DNA from: an uncultured Nitratiruptor sp.
GTDB lineage: Bacteria; Campylobacterota; Campylobacteria; Campylobacterales; Nitratiruptoraceae
Direction: 5' to 3'
Length of the DNA: 57,324 nt
NCBI GenBank assembly: GCA_913056105.1
Contig: CAJXMB010000001.1
Coordinates: 1-57,324 of the forward strand
A program made the position numbers and the translations under genes. Below, piece after piece: positions 1-11,433 of the stretch; the first letter of the stretch is position 1, and the number at the start of each line of letters is the position of its first letter. The notes beneath the pieces were generated by a model. The model did not search any database. It was not told the DNA's origin and saw nothing but the letters and a program-made list of their open reading frames with translations.

Positions 1-48
1 CGTCTACACAAAAGCTTTAAAAGCTATGAATGCATATAATTATTAGAG

Positions 49-345
49 GTGCCCTTTAGTTTTAATAGGTTTATCACACAAGATATTTTAATAGTATTTT
101 ACTATATTGGTGCAGTTATTGCACCAATTGTTTTATATTATTATAAAGGCAAGATACTCCAATATCTTCAAAATAGAGGAATTAAGCTATCTTTTAATTT
201 TAAAAACAAAAAAGTAGTATCTCTAATTTTTATAGTGATTTTTATCTGTATGGAGATTTGTTGGAGAATGTTCTTTGAAGCAATGATTGGCTATTTTGAT
301 ATACATAACTATCTATATGAGATTTTAAAAAAGGATTTTAACTGA
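49..345 (+). CDS. Small membrane protein, DUF4282-like
   Basis: Two hydrophobic segments; 'FSFNRFIT..ILIVFYYIG' and 'WRMFFE' resemble DUF4282; GTG start with GAGG nearby. Confidence 0.6.
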   Translation: MPFSFNRFITQDILIVFYYIGAVIAPIVLYYYKGKILQYLQNRGIKLSFNFKNKKVVSLIFIVIFICMEICWRMFFEAMIGYFDIHNYLYEILKKDFN

Positions 346-914
346 GAGATAAAGTCTTAGAGATAAAAGATTTAACATTTGGATATAGCAAAGATAGGCT
401 TTTGTATAAAAATTTTTCTTTAGAGTTATATAGAGGTGAGATTGTTAGTATAGTTGGACCAAGTGGAGTAGGTAAAAGTACGCTTTTTGAGTTAATTGCT
501 GGTTTTTTAAAACCTATGAAGGGTGAGATAAAAGTAAAAAGGATTTCTCAAATTTTTCAAGACCCATATACATCTTTTCACCCCTCATATACCATTATCA
601 ATCAAATTAAAGATGTATGTTCTATAAAAGATATTAAAAAGTTTGCTAAAGATTTACAAGTAGAAGAGGCTCTTTTGTATAAAAAACCTCATGAGTTATC
701 AGGAGGTCAGCTTCAAAGATGCTCTATCTTAAGAGCTATTTTAATGAAACCAGATGTTATTTTAGCTGATGAGCCGACAAGTGCGCTTGATAATATAATC
801 CAACTTGAGGTTATGAAGCTTTTATTAAAACTTTTAGATAGGGTAGGGATACTACTGATTACTCACGATTTAGATTTAGCTAAATGGTGTAGTGATAGAG
901 TTATTAGACTTTAG
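342..914 (+). CDS. ABC transporter ATP-binding protein (peptide/nickel-type, short); probable CTG start at 342
   Basis: Walker A GPSGVGKST, QIFQDP, LSGGQLQR, LADEPT, ITHD. Frame is open upstream of the TTG at 402 back to CTG342, adding RDKVLEIKDLTFGY. Confidence 0.85.
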   Translation: MRDKVLEIKDLTFGYSKDRLLYKNFSLELYRGEIVSIVGPSGVGKSTLFELIAGFLKPMKGEIKVKRISQIFQDPYTSFHPSYTIINQIKDVCSIKDIKKFAKDLQVEEALLYKKPHELSGGQLQRCSILRAILMKPDVILADEPTSALDNIIQLEVMKLLLKLLDRVGILLITHDLDLAKWCSDRVIRL

Positions 915-1605
915 CACAAAGTTTAGATTTTTCACTATCTAAAATTTTTTGCATCTTTTCTCTTAACTCTTTTAACCACTCTTCACTGCTATTAGGATAG
1001 AAAGAGTCTAAATAGATTATCTTTGCAATCCCTGGATTTAGAGTTAAACTCTTTGAATCAAATCTCTCTTTACTACAAACCAAAACTATTGGTTGGACTT
1101 TAAGATTTAGTTTTTCAGATATGATTTTTGCTCCAGGTTTAAATGGCAAAAGCCTCTCTCCTCTTGCTCTTGTTCCTTCAGGAAAAATTGCAATAGTTTT
1201 ATATTTTGATTTCTCTTTAGCCTCTTTTAAAAGATAGACTATAGATTTTTTATTTTCTCTGTCTAATCTTATATTTTGAGGAAGCTTTAAAAGAAGTCCA
1301 AAAAATGGCATATCAAATAGCTCTTTTTTTGCAATCCAAACTAAATCATATGGATAATATGCTTCAATAAGAACAATATCGAGCATACTTGAGTGATTCA
1401 TTATAATTATTTTGGCTTCTTTATCGATTTTACCTTCAACTTCTACCTTAATGCCCAAAAGTTTCAAGATTAGCCTTGTATAAAATCTTTTTATACTTTT
1501 ATAATATTTTTTAGGGGATATTAAAAATGTAAAGATATTAAGAGTTACTATTGCTATTATAACTATAGAGGCATACAATCCTCTAATTTTTGCAAGAATA
1601 TTCAT
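904..1605 (-). CDS. plsC: 1-acyl-sn-glycerol-3-phosphate acyltransferase
   Basis: NHSSMLD (HX4D) and FPEGTR motifs. Confidence 0.9.
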   Translation of the reverse strand: MNILAKIRGLYASIVIIAIVTLNIFTFLISPKKYYKSIKRFYTRLILKLLGIKVEVEGKIDKEAKIIIMNHSSMLDIVLIEAYYPYDLVWIAKKELFDMPFFGLLLKLPQNIRLDRENKKSIVYLLKEAKEKSKYKTIAIFPEGTRARGERLLPFKPGAKIISEKLNLKVQPIVLVCSKERFDSKSLTLNPGIAKIIYLDSFYPNSSEEWLKELREKMQKILDSEKSKLCAKV

Positions 1606-2665
1606 CTTTAACCCATCCTATCTTTTTGTTTTGAAGTTCGATTTTACTATAGCCATCTATATGGTTTAATCTTTTTACTTTCAATCTACTTTTAGATATA
1701 AAAAATATGGTGCTATTTTTAGTAGGAAGGATTGAGACTTTAGCTCCTTTTTTGATACATATTGTTTTAATTGGAAAAGATAGATATGCTCCATATCCTC
1801 CAAAAATAAACGCTAAAAATAGATATGAAAAAGATTTTTTAAATATAGCAATGATTAAAAAAAGTATAGCAATAAAGAAAAATACTAAAATTTTTATAAT
1901 TTTATGACTATCTTCACTTGGTCTAATATCTGTTTGAGTAACTACTGAATCATTTTTTATCTCTATTTTTTTTTGAAAATATTCAAATCTATTTTTTTGA
2001 GTATTAAAATATGAGAATTTAAACTTTTTTATGTATGTTGGAACAATTGCAAAATATGATGTTTTAACAAACAAAGAGGTTTGATTGAAATCTTCAAACC
2101 ACCCTTTTTTTACAAAATTTAGATGAAAATCCTCTATATTTGAAAGATTTGCTTCAATATTTAAAACTACTAAATTATTCTCTTTATCATATGGAGATAT
2201 TTGGAAATTTTTAATCACTAAAGATTTTGCTAAAACATTGCAAAAATCTGACGGAGGATTTAGTTTTATTGCTTTTAACTCTTTTCCTAAGAGTCTATTT
2301 TGAGCTATAGGCAAATAATTATCATCCAAAAGTGTAACATTGATATCAGGAAGTTTTAACTTCTTTGATAGTGCTTTAAAATAGAAAGTTTTATATAGAT
2401 AGATGCCATTTTGTTTTATAGGTTCATCTGTATAAATAGATTCAACTCCATATCCATTTTCCAAATCAAAATTTATATCACTATAACTATCTTTAGTTAT
2501 AATAATTTTTATAGTAACAGCAAAAACTTGATTTACAAATAGCTTTTTTGGAATATCAAAATAAGATAGATATATAGTATCGCTACTAATATTACTATCA
2601 ATGTTATCTGCATATAGATTGATAAAAAATAACGATATTAAAAAAGTTTTAAATAGATGTTTAAT
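1583..2665 (-). CDS. Exported/membrane-anchored protein with C-terminal SH3b-like domain; probable ATT start at 2665
   Basis: C-terminal ILPTKNSTIFF...KIGWVK SH3-like segment preceded by TM helices. Frame is open 67 codons upstream of TTG2464, giving a signal peptide-like IKHLFKTFLISLFFINLYA. Confidence 0.7.
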   Translation of the reverse strand: MKHLFKTFLISLFFINLYADNIDSNISSDTIYLSYFDIPKKLFVNQVFAVTIKIIITKDSYSDINFDLENGYGVESIYTDEPIKQNGIYLYKTFYFKALSKKLKLPDINVTLLDDNYLPIAQNRLLGKELKAIKLNPPSDFCNVLAKSLVIKNFQISPYDKENNLVVLNIEANLSNIEDFHLNFVKKGWFEDFNQTSLFVKTSYFAIVPTYIKKFKFSYFNTQKNRFEYFQKKIEIKNDSVVTQTDIRPSEDSHKIIKILVFFFIAILFLIIAIFKKSFSYLFLAFIFGGYGAYLSFPIKTICIKKGAKVSILPTKNSTIFFISKSRLKVKRLNHIDGYSKIELQNKKIGWVKDEYSCKN

Positions 2666-3332
2666 CTATAAATCCTTTAATCATTTTTATTCCATCTTCG
2701 CTTCCTAAAATCTTTTCACAAGCTCTCTCAGGATGTGGCATAAGTCCAAAAACATTTCTATTTTCATTGCAAATTCCAGCTATTGCATCAATAGAGCCAT
2801 TTGGATTTTCTATCTCTCCATCGATATTGCAATATTGAAGTAAAATTTGCTCTTTATCATACATCTTTTTTAGTTTATCGCTTCCTACAAAATAGTTTCC
2901 TTCAGCGTGAGCAATAGGGATATTTAAAATCTCACCCTTTTTTGTTTTAGATAAAAATTTATTGTTGTTATTTAATACTTTAATATATTGAAATTTTGAG
3001 ATAAATGTTAGATTTTCATTTCTTTTCATAGCTCCAGGCAATAGATGGGATTCTAAAAGTATCTGAAATCCATTACAAATCCCTAAAACATATCCACCTC
3101 TGTTTGCAAACTCTTTTACAGCCTTCATAATTGGACTAAATCTTGCAATTGCACCACTTCTTAGATAGTCTCCATAACTAAATCCACCTGGAATTACAAC
3201 CAAATCTATATCTTTTGGCAAATCTTGTGACTTATGCCAAACAATTTCGCTTTTAACACCTATTAGATTGAATGCATATTCAGTATCAAATTCGCAGTTT
3301 GTTCCAGGAAATCTAACTATTGCTACTTTCAT
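2661..3332 (-). CDS. purQ: FGAM synthase glutaminase subunit
   Basis: FPGTNC, GGFSYGDYLR, GICNGFQ, MPHPER. Confidence 0.97.
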   Translation of the reverse strand: MKVAIVRFPGTNCEFDTEYAFNLIGVKSEIVWHKSQDLPKDIDLVVIPGGFSYGDYLRSGAIARFSPIMKAVKEFANRGGYVLGICNGFQILLESHLLPGAMKRNENLTFISKFQYIKVLNNNNKFLSKTKKGEILNIPIAHAEGNYFVGSDKLKKMYDKEQILLQYCNIDGEIENPNGSIDAIAGICNENRNVFGLMPHPERACEKILGSEDGIKMIKGFID

Positions 3333-3571
3333 TTTTCAATCTCAATTTTGTAATCTTCTATAACAGTATTTGCCAAAAGTGTCTCACACATATCTTTAAC
3401 TCTTTTTTTTGCCTCTTCTTCATCCATCTCATCTAAAGTTAATACTATCTGTTTTCCAACTCTAACATCTTTTACCTCATCAAAGCCTAAAGATAACAAA
3501 GCGTGATGGACAGCTTTTCCTTGTGGGTCTAAAACTCCCTCTTTTAAGTATATATCAACTATAGCTTTCAT
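3329..3571 (-). CDS. purS: FGAM synthase subunit PurS
   Basis: VLDPQG, LLANTVIEDY; lies between purC and purQ. Confidence 0.96.
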   Translation of the reverse strand: MKAIVDIYLKEGVLDPQGKAVHHALLSLGFDEVKDVRVGKQIVLTLDEMDEEEAKKRVKDMCETLLANTVIEDYKIEIEK

Positions 3572-3572
3572 T

Positions 3573-4292
3573 CTAATCCTTTTTATCTAAAATTCTTTTT
3601 AGTACCTCTTCATAAGCAACTTTTACGCTACCTAAATCCTGTCTAAATCTATCTTTATCAAGCTTTTCTCCACTCTTTTTATCCCAAAATCTACAACTAT
3701 CTGGACTTATCTCATCAGCTAAAACTATTTTTCCACTACTATCTTTTCCAAATTCAACTTTAAAATCAACTAAATTCAAATCTCTTTTTTCAAAAAATGG
3801 TTTTAAAAGTGCATTTATCTCTCTACCTAATCTTTTTAACTCTTCAAGCTCACTCTCATTTTCAACCAAATTCAGTATCAAAGCGTGCTCATCATTTATC
3901 AAAGGGTCATGAAGTGCATCATTTTTGTAATAAAACTCAATAAGTGCAAATGGAAGCTTTACTCCATCTTCTATACCAAGTCTTTTTGTTAATGAGCCAG
4001 TTGCTATGTTTCTAACTACTACTTCAATAGCAATCATATCAACTTTTTTTATAAGCATCTCATTGTCACTTAATCTTTTAACATAGTGAGTAGCAATACC
4101 ATCTTTTTCTAAAAGCTCAAAAAGTTGTGAGCTTATTTGGCAATTCAAAGCACCTTTTCCCTTTTCAAAACCTCTCTTTTTAGCATCAAATGCAGTTAAA
4201 TCATCTTTAAATTCAGCTATTAGATAGTTTTCATCATCTGTTAAAAATATCTTTTTACCTTTTCCTTCATATAAAAGCTCTCTTTTTTTCAT
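3573..4292 (-). CDS. purC: SAICAR synthase
   Basis: [34 protein letters not shown]. Confidence 0.97.
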   Translation of the reverse strand: MKKRELLYEGKGKKIFLTDDENYLIAEFKDDLTAFDAKKRGFEKGKGALNCQISSQLFELLEKDGIATHYVKRLSDNEMLIKKVDMIAIEVVVRNIATGSLTKRLGIEDGVKLPFALIEFYYKNDALHDPLINDEHALILNLVENESELEELKRLGREINALLKPFFEKRDLNLVDFKVEFGKDSSGKIVLADEISPDSCRFWDKKSGEKLDKDRFRQDLGSVKVAYEEVLKRILDKKD

Positions 4293-5611
4293 TAATTGCC
4301 TTTAATTTGATTTGATATTATCAATGCTTTTAAGATATCAGTAGCCTCTTTTAGCTGAGCATCTTTATAAAGTTTTTCTTGACTTATGATATCTTCTTTT
4401 TTAGCTTTTTTCTTCACTTTTTTCTTATGATCAACCTTTTCAAGCTCACTCTTTAGATGTTTTTTCAGTTCAGCCTCTTTTAACATAAACTCATCTTCTT
4501 TTACTTTAATCTCACCAGGATGAACTATGATATCAGGCGTAACACCTACAGCTTGAATAGTTCTACCGCTTGGAAGATAGTATCTTGCTATTGTAAGCCT
4601 TAAAGCTTCATTTTTATCAATTGGCAAAATTACTTGAACACTTCCTTTTCCAAAAGTTTTTTCTCCAACCAATACTGCTCTTTTGTGATCTTGTAAAGAA
4701 CCACTTACAATCTCACTTGCACTTGCACTTCCACCATTTACCAATACAACTAAAGGGATATTTTTATAAGTTCCATTTTGTGTTGCTTTGTACTCTCTAT
4801 TTTCACTTTTAACTCTTCCTTTTTGTGAAACAATTATGCCACTATCTACAAAAAGATTAACAGTTCCAACAGCTTGATCTAAAAGACCTCCAGGATTGTT
4901 TCTTAAATCTAATATTATCCCTTTTGTCTTGCCTTCATTCTCTTTAATATACTTTTTTAAATCTTTTACAACATTTTTATCAAAGGATACAACTCTAAGG
5001 TATAAAATACCATCGTTTAATATATGTTTTGCATATACAGATTTTATTTTAATAATATCTCTTGTAATTGTAAATTTGAGAGGTTTTGATTCTCCTTTTC
5101 TAACAATTGTTAGATTGATTTTTGTTCCGGGTTTTCCTCTCATCAAATTTACAGCTTCATCAAGCGTCATATCTATAGTAGATTTATCATTGATTTTCAA
5201 GATAATATCTCCAGCTTTAAGTCCAGCCTTATATGCAGGAGTTCCTTCAAGTGGAGCAATAACAGTTAAAGCTCCATTTTTCATACCAACAGTAACACCA
5301 AGACCACCAAACTCTCCTTGAGTTTCAATCTGAAGTTCTTTGTAATGTTTTTTATCTAAAAATGATGAGTGTGCATCCAAATTGCTCATAAGTCCAGCAA
5401 TAGCTTTATTGATAATCTTATCTAAAGTTAAAGGATCAACATAATATTTTTCGACCGTTCCAACAACTTTTGTAAATTTTGCAATTGATTGAAGTCTTGA
5501 AGTGATATTTAAATCACTACTTGTCTTTGCTTGAAGATCTGTTTGAAAAAGAGAATAAGCCAAAATTGTGCTTGTTAAAAAACCTGTGGCTATATATTTA
5601 AAGCTTTTCAT
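4292..5611 (-). CDS. ctpA: C-terminal processing protease (S41, PDZ domain)
   Basis: [36 protein letters not shown]. Confidence 0.93.
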   Translation of the reverse strand: MKSFKYIATGFLTSTILAYSLFQTDLQAKTSSDLNITSRLQSIAKFTKVVGTVEKYYVDPLTLDKIINKAIAGLMSNLDAHSSFLDKKHYKELQIETQGEFGGLGVTVGMKNGALTVIAPLEGTPAYKAGLKAGDIILKINDKSTIDMTLDEAVNLMRGKPGTKINLTIVRKGESKPLKFTITRDIIKIKSVYAKHILNDGILYLRVVSFDKNVVKDLKKYIKENEGKTKGIILDLRNNPGGLLDQAVGTVNLFVDSGIIVSQKGRVKSENREYKATQNGTYKNIPLVVLVNGGSASASEIVSGSLQDHKRAVLVGEKTFGKGSVQVILPIDKNEALRLTIARYYLPSGRTIQAVGVTPDIIVHPGEIKVKEDEFMLKEAELKKHLKSELEKVDHKKKVKKKAKKEDIISQEKLYKDAQLKEATDILKALIISNQIKGN

Positions 5612-5749
5612 ATGAGTTTACCTTTTTAAAAATTTGATTTGATTATAATAAAAATTTTATAAAATTTGGCTAAACTTATTGATAAGTTTTTTAAATTATA
5701 GATTTTTTAGGACACTTCTAACAAATTATACATTAAATTATTTAAAAAA

Positions 5750-5779
5750 CTTGACAAAGAAAGACTAAAGTTATATAAT
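5750..5779 (+). promoter_or_regulatory. clpB sigma70 promoter overlapped by HspR HAIR-like operator
   Basis: TTGACA(5751)-N17-TATAAT(5774) is a perfect consensus; CTTGACA-N7-ACTAAAG (5750-5770) resembles HAIR CTTGAGT-N7-ACTCAAG. Confidence 0.85.
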
Positions 5780-5807
5780 TACATCAAACTAAATGAAAGG
5801 AGAAAAT

Positions 5808-8396
5808 ATGAATAATATTTTCGAAAAGCTAACCCACAAAATGACTGAAACATTAGATTCAGCTGTTAGTTTGGCGTTGCACAATAAAAATCCTGAAGTT
5901 GATACAGTTCATATGGTATGGGCACTCTTAACAGATAGCTCATCTATACTAAATCAAGCTTTAAATAGGATGAATATAGATAAAACAGCTATAGAATTAG
6001 ATGCAAAAAGTGCAGCAGATAGGCTTCCAAAATCATCTTCTGTTACAAAAGAGAGCATAAAGGTTTCAAGAAATTTGGTTGAGACTTTGCAAAAAGCTCA
6101 AGGACTTATGGTAAAAAATGGAGATAAATACCTTGCAGTTGATACCTGGATTGAAGCAAATATTGATAATCTAACTATAAAAGATATTTTAGGTAAATAT
6201 GTTGATCTATTTGAATTAAAAAAGACACTTGAAGCTATTCGAGGTGGCAAAAAGATAGATAAACAAACAGCAGATGAGAATTTAGAATCTTTAGAAAAGT
6301 ATGGGGTTGATTTAACTAAAAAGGCTATTGATGGAGAGCTTGACCCTGTAATTGGAAGAGATGAAGAAATTCATAGAGTTATGCAAATTTTAATAAGAAA
6401 GACAAAAAATAACCCAATCTTACTTGGAGAGCCAGGTGTTGGAAAAACAGCTATAGTTGAAGGTCTTGCTCAAAGAATTGTTAATAAAGAGGTTCCACTC
6501 AGTCTTCAAAATAAAAGAGTCATTGCTCTTGATATGACATCTTTAGTTGCAGGAGCAAAATATAGAGGAGAGTTTGAAGATAGACTAAAAGCTGTTGTAG
6601 ATGAAGTAAAAAAGAGTGGAGATATAATTTTATTTATAGATGAGATTCATACAATTGTAGGAGCAGGGGCCAGTGAAGGAAGTATGGATGCTGCAAATAT
6701 TTTAAAACCAGCTCTAGCAAGAGGAGAACTTCACACAATTGGTGCAACAACACTAAAAGAGTATAGAAAATATTTTGAAAAAGATGCAGCATTGCAAAGA
6801 AGATTTCAGCCAGTAAAAGTTGAAGAGCCAAGCATAAATGAGGCTTTACAAATACTTAGGGGACTAAAAGATAGACTTGAAGCTCACCACAATGTTCAAA
6901 TACTTGATAGTGCATTGGTAGCAGCTGCAAAACTAAGTGCAAGATATATAACAGATAGATATCTTCCAGATAAAGCTATAGATTTGATTGATGAAGCAGC
7001 AGCAGAATTAAAAATGCAGATTGAATCAGAGCCTTTTGAACTCTCTAAAGTTAAAAGAGAGATTCAGCAGTTATTGGTTGAAAAAGAGGCTTTGATGATG
7101 GAAAAGTCTAAAAAGAATGAAGAGAGACTAAAAGAGATTGAAAAAGAGGTTGCTAACTTAGAAGAGAAGAAAAGAGAGCTTGAGACTCAATTTGAAAATG
7201 AAAAGAGAGTTTTTAAAGAGATAGCCAAAATAAAAGACAGTATTGAGAAAAAGAGAGTTGAAGCTGAGAGAGCCAAAAGAGAGGGCGATTATAACAAAGC
7301 TGCAGAGATTGAGTATGGAGAGATTCCAAATTTAGAAAAGAAATTAAAAGAGTTAAATACTCAGTGGCAAAGAATGCAAGAGAGTGGAACTTTACTAAAA
7401 AATGCTGTTGATGAAGAGATGATAGCATCAATTGTTAGTAAATGGACAGGAATTCCAGTAACAAAGATGCTTCAAAGCGAAAAAGAGAAAATTTTACATG
7501 TTGAAGATGAGCTAAAAAAATATGTAGTAGGTCAAGATGCAGCCCTAAAAGCTGTAGCAAGAGCTATAAAGAGAAATAAAGCTGGATTAAGTGAGCCAAA
7601 TAGACCTATAGGAAGTTTTATGTTCTTAGGACCAACAGGTGTTGGTAAGACTGAAACTGCAAAGACATTGGCTAGATTTTTGTTTGATTCTGAAAAATCA
7701 CTCATTAGAATAGATATGAGTGAGTATATGGAAAAACATGCAGTTAGCCGCCTTGTAGGTGCGCCTCCAGGATATGTTGGATATGAAGAAGGGGGACAAC
7801 TAACTGAAGCGGTTAGAAGAAAACCATATAGTGTAATACTTTTTGATGAGATTGAAAAGGCTCATCCAGATGTCTTTAATCTCTTATTACAAGTTCTTGA
7901 TGATGGAAGGCTTACAGACAATAAAGGTGTAACAGTAGATTTTAAAAATACCATAATCATTATGACAAGCAATATTGCAAGTGATAAGATTATGGAGTTT
8001 AAAGATCCATTAGATAGAGAAAAAGCTGTAAAAGATGAGTTAAAAAGATATTTTAAACCTGAGTTTTTAAATAGACTTGATGATATAATCATATTTAATC
8101 CTCTTGGTGAAGAAGATATTGTTAAAATCGTTGATATTATGTTTAGAGGTATCCAAAATAAATTAAAAGAGAGAGATATCAAAATAGAGCTTACTCAAAA
8201 TGCCAAAAAGCTTGTAGCAAAAGCTGGATTTGATCCAGTTTATGGAGCAAGACCACTAAAAAGAGCTCTATATGAGATTGTAGAGGATAGATTGGCAGAA
8301 TTGATTTTAGAAGACAGAGTAAAAGAGGGCGACAAAGTCACTTTTGATGCTGAAGGTGATAGTGTAATAGTTTTGGTTAACGAAAAGAGGGTTTAA
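5808..8396 (+). CDS. clpB: ClpB disaggregase
   Basis: Two AAA+ modules ([16 protein letters not shown]) and a coiled-coil M domain; start placed at ATG5808 after SD AAAGGAG. Confidence 0.96.
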   Translation: MNNIFEKLTHKMTETLDSAVSLALHNKNPEVDTVHMVWALLTDSSSILNQALNRMNIDKTAIELDAKSAADRLPKSSSVTKESIKVSRNLVETLQKAQGLMVKNGDKYLAVDTWIEANIDNLTIKDILGKYVDLFELKKTLEAIRGGKKIDKQTADENLESLEKYGVDLTKKAIDGELDPVIGRDEEIHRVMQILIRKTKNNPILLGEPGVGKTAIVEGLAQRIVNKEVPLSLQNKRVIALDMTSLVAGAKYRGEFEDRLKAVVDEVKKSGDIILFIDEIHTIVGAGASEGSMDAANILKPALARGELHTIGATTLKEYRKYFEKDAALQRRFQPVKVEEPSINEALQILRGLKDRLEAHHNVQILDSALVAAAKLSARYITDRYLPDKAIDLIDEAAAELKMQIESEPFELSKVKREIQQLLVEKEALMMEKSKKNEERLKEIEKEVANLEEKKRELETQFENEKRVFKEIAKIKDSIEKKRVEAERAKREGDYNKAAEIEYGEIPNLEKKLKELNTQWQRMQESGTLLKNAVDEEMIASIVSKWTGIPVTKMLQSEKEKILHVEDELKKYVVGQDAALKAVARAIKRNKAGLSEPNRPIGSFMFLGPTGVGKTETAKTLARFLFDSEKSLIRIDMSEYMEKHAVSRLVGAPPGYVGYEEGGQLTEAVRRKPYSVILFDEIEKAHPDVFNLLLQVLDDGRLTDNKGVTVDFKNTIIIMTSNIASDKIMEFKDPLDREKAVKDELKRYFKPEFLNRLDDIIIFNPLGEEDIVKIVDIMFRGIQNKLKERDIKIELTQNAKKLVAKAGFDPVYGARPLKRALYEIVEDRLAELILEDRVKEGDKVTFDAEGDSVIVLVNEKRV

Positions 8397-8408
8397 TCCC
8401 TCTTTTTT
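8383..8408 (+). terminator. Intrinsic terminator of clpB
   Basis: AAAAGAGGG-TTTAAT-CCCTCTTTT followed by further T. Confidence 0.75.
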
Positions 8409-8451
8409 AAAACTATTTTTTTTACTATAATTTCATCTAAAAAGTGTTTAG

Positions 8452-10182
8452 ATGAAAAAATTTCTCAAAACATATCTTCCATATTATCGAAGCTACATTG
8501 ATAAGATTGTCTTAGCAATTATTGGAATGATTTTAGCTTCCGGTGCTACTGCTGCAATTGCCTATTTGGTTAAACCTTTAATGGATAGAATCTTCATTGA
8601 AAAAAATGTTCAAATGCTCTATATTTTGCCAATTTTTATAATTTTAGCTTTTGTTGCAAAGGGTGCAGGGACTTTTATGCAATCATTTGCTCTAAATTAT
8701 ATAGGTCAAGATATTGTTAGAACTCTTAGAAACAAAATGTTAAAACATATGATAAATCTTGATATGGATTTTCATTTTAAATTTCATAGCGGAGAGCTAA
8801 TAAGTAGAATTAGCAATGATATTTTGCGAATCCAAAATGCTATCTCATCTGATTTGGCTGTTATTCTTAGAGATTTTGTAACTGTTATTGCACTTTTAGG
8901 AGTTGTAATATATCAAAGTCCAAAACTTGCTTTATACTCTTTGATTATCATTCCACTTGCAATATATCCAGTTGAAGTTATTTCAAGAAAGATAAAAAAG
9001 CTATCTCACAAATCTCAAGAGATAAACTCTGACCTTTTAGCCTCTCTTTCAGAAATTTTTGCAAATTATGAGATGATAAAATCTTATAATGCAGCAGAGT
9101 ATGAACTTGAAAAATTCAGAGAAAAAAATCAAAACTTTTTTAATACAAATATCAAAACTGTCAAAATCCAACAACTACTTATTCCTATACTTGAGTTGGT
9201 AGCAGCTATTGCAATAGCATCTGTTATTGTTATAGGTGGAAGAGAGGTTATAGTAACTAAAGAGCTCACAACTGGAGAGTTTTTTTCGTTTTTAACAGCT
9301 TTGTCTTTAGTGATTGACCCACTAAGAAGAATCTCGACAGCCTATAGCCATCTACAAGATGCAGTAGCTGCAAATGAGAGAATTGAGCAGATTTTAAGAT
9401 ATAAACCTACTATTATAAGTGGGAAAAAAGAGTTAAAAGATGCAAAAAGGGTTGAGTTTAAAGATGTAGGTTTAAAATATGAAGATGTCACGGCTCTAAC
9501 AAACATCTCTTTTGAAGCTAACAGAGGTGAAGTTATAGGTTTGGTTGGTGATAGCGGTGGAGGGAAGAGCTCTGTTGTAAATTTAATACTTCGTTTTTAT
9601 GATCCAACAATTGGAGTTGTTAAAATCAATGATACAAATATAAAAGATTTTGATCTGAAATCTCTAAGAGATCGTATAGCTATAGTTACTCAAAGGGTAT
9701 ATATTAGCAGTGATACAATTGCATCAAATGTTGCCTATGGGGTAAAGATAGATGAAAAAAGGGTTATAGAATCACTAAAAAGAGCAAATCTTTTAGATTT
9801 TGTAAATTCTTTAAAAAATGGGATATATACAGTTTTAAATGAGGGCGGTACAAATCTATCTGGTGGGCAAAGACAAAGAGTTGCAATTGCAAGAGCTTTG
9901 TATAAAAATCCAGATATCTTAATCTTTGATGAGGCAACAAGTGCTCTTGATAATAAAAGTGAAGCAGCTATTATAGAGACAATCTATAATCTAAAAAAAG
10001 ATTTAATTGTTTTTATGATAGCTCATAGATTAACAACAATAAAAAAAGCAGATAAGATTTTGGTTTTTCAAAATGGAGAGATTGTTTGTCAAGGAAAACA
10101 AGAGGAACTTGCAAAAGAGTGCGAAACTTTTAAAAAACTATACCATATAGAAAGTAAAAGATGGGTAAAAAACCACCAGTAA
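8452..10182 (+). CDS. MsbA-like ABC exporter (fused permease and ATPase)
   Basis: 6-TM domain, GDSGGGKS, LSGGQRQR, FDEATSALD. Confidence 0.9.
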   Translation: MKKFLKTYLPYYRSYIDKIVLAIIGMILASGATAAIAYLVKPLMDRIFIEKNVQMLYILPIFIILAFVAKGAGTFMQSFALNYIGQDIVRTLRNKMLKHMINLDMDFHFKFHSGELISRISNDILRIQNAISSDLAVILRDFVTVIALLGVVIYQSPKLALYSLIIIPLAIYPVEVISRKIKKLSHKSQEINSDLLASLSEIFANYEMIKSYNAAEYELEKFREKNQNFFNTNIKTVKIQQLLIPILELVAAIAIASVIVIGGREVIVTKELTTGEFFSFLTALSLVIDPLRRISTAYSHLQDAVAANERIEQILRYKPTIISGKKELKDAKRVEFKDVGLKYEDVTALTNISFEANRGEVIGLVGDSGGGKSSVVNLILRFYDPTIGVVKINDTNIKDFDLKSLRDRIAIVTQRVYISSDTIASNVAYGVKIDEKRVIESLKRANLLDFVNSLKNGIYTVLNEGGTNLSGGQRQRVAIARALYKNPDILIFDEATSALDNKSEAAIIETIYNLKKDLIVFMIAHRLTTIKKADKILVFQNGEIVCQGKQEELAKECETFKKLYHIESKRWVKNHQ

Positions 10183-10847
10183 AATATGAGACTTTATGGG
10201 ATAAAACTAAAGCTTGGTTTATCTCAATGATAATTGAGCACAACTTTACAAATATTTTTAGATTAAATCTTCATAAAGTAAATGATAATCTTTTTAGATC
10301 AAGCCAACCAACGCCTTGGCAATTAAAAAAAATTGTTAAGGAGAATGGGATAAAGACAGTTATAAATCTAAGAGGCGCTAAACCACATAGTCCAGTATAT
10401 ATGCTTGAAAAGATGACTTGTGAAAAGATTGGGGTAAAACTTATAGATGTTGAAGTTTACTCAAGATCACTTCCAGACAAAAATAGACTAATTAATCTTG
10501 CTAAAGCTTTCGATAAAGCAGAGTATCCAGTTTTAATGCACTGCAAGGCAGGTGCAGATAGAACTGGTCTTGCGGCAACATTTTATCTTTACTATAAAGA
10601 AGGTATTCCTTTGGAAGAGATAGATCAGCTTAAGTTTTTCCCTTATGGACATATAAAAAGTTCTGATGCAGGGATTATCGATTTTTACTTTGAAGAGTTT
10701 ATGAAGTTTAAACATCAAAACCCAAATGTCGATATTTTTGAATGGACTGACAGATTAGATAGAGAAGAGATGAAAAAAAAGTTTAAAAGACAAAGAAAAA
10801 ATATATTTTCAAATATTATAAATAATATTGTTTTAAAAAGAGAGTAA
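10161..10847 (+). CDS. Cys-based (CX5R) PTP/dual-specificity phosphatase family protein
   Basis: HCKAGADRTG active-site loop; FRSSQP; VINLRG. Confidence 0.85.
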   Translation: MGKKPPVKYETLWDKTKAWFISMIIEHNFTNIFRLNLHKVNDNLFRSSQPTPWQLKKIVKENGIKTVINLRGAKPHSPVYMLEKMTCEKIGVKLIDVEVYSRSLPDKNRLINLAKAFDKAEYPVLMHCKAGADRTGLAATFYLYYKEGIPLEEIDQLKFFPYGHIKSSDAGIIDFYFEEFMKFKHQNPNVDIFEWTDRLDREEMKKKFKRQRKNIFSNIINNIVLKRE

Positions 10848-10857
10848 ACTCTCTTTT
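10836..10857. terminator. Bidirectional terminator between convergent genes
   Basis: AAAAGAGAG-TAAA-CTCTCTTTT hairpin at the convergent stop codons. Confidence 0.65.
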
Positions 10858-11401
10858 ATTGATTCATCTTCTTAAAAATGGAACTCATTGTAAGCATAAC
10901 TATTCCATCAAAAAATAGACTAAAACCTACAAAGAGTCCAACTAGATATAAAGAGCTAAATGGCCAACCTATGATAAAAACTATGCCAATAATAAGAGAT
11001 AAAATAGCATTTATTAGCCACCAAATCCAACCTTTTTGAGGACGCATACTCATCGCAAGAGAGAAGCTTGCAAATGAATCCATAAAAAAGTATATTGCAA
11101 GCAAAAGCCCAACTGTTCCTACTCCACTCATTGGATAAAATAGCATTAAAGCACCTATTATAATCAAAATGAAACTTTTTAACCAACCCGCAATATCACT
11201 TCTATCACTTTTGTAAGTAAAATAGCCCGCAGTAATCCCACTAAAAATCATAAGCCAAGCTACAAATGCAACAGTTGCAAATGTCATAAATACTGGAAAA
11301 ACAATTCCAATTAAGCCTAAAACAGTAAAAACTATTCCTACAATCTTTGAATGTTTACTAAATGTCTCAAATAGATTCTCATCTATTGGATATTTCCACA
11401 T
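10856..11401 (-). CDS. HdeD/DUF308 family membrane protein
   Basis: Six short TM helices with repeated pattern; 'WPFSSLYLVGLFVGFSLFFDG' typical of HdeD. Confidence 0.8.
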   Translation of the reverse strand: MWKYPIDENLFETFSKHSKIVGIVFTVLGLIGIVFPVFMTFATVAFVAWLMIFSGITAGYFTYKSDRSDIAGWLKSFILIIIGALMLFYPMSGVGTVGLLLAIYFFMDSFASFSLAMSMRPQKGWIWWLINAILSLIIGIVFIIGWPFSSLYLVGLFVGFSLFFDGIVMLTMSSIFKKMNQ

Positions 11402-11433
11402 TTTTTATCCTTTTTTAAATAAATACAAACTAA

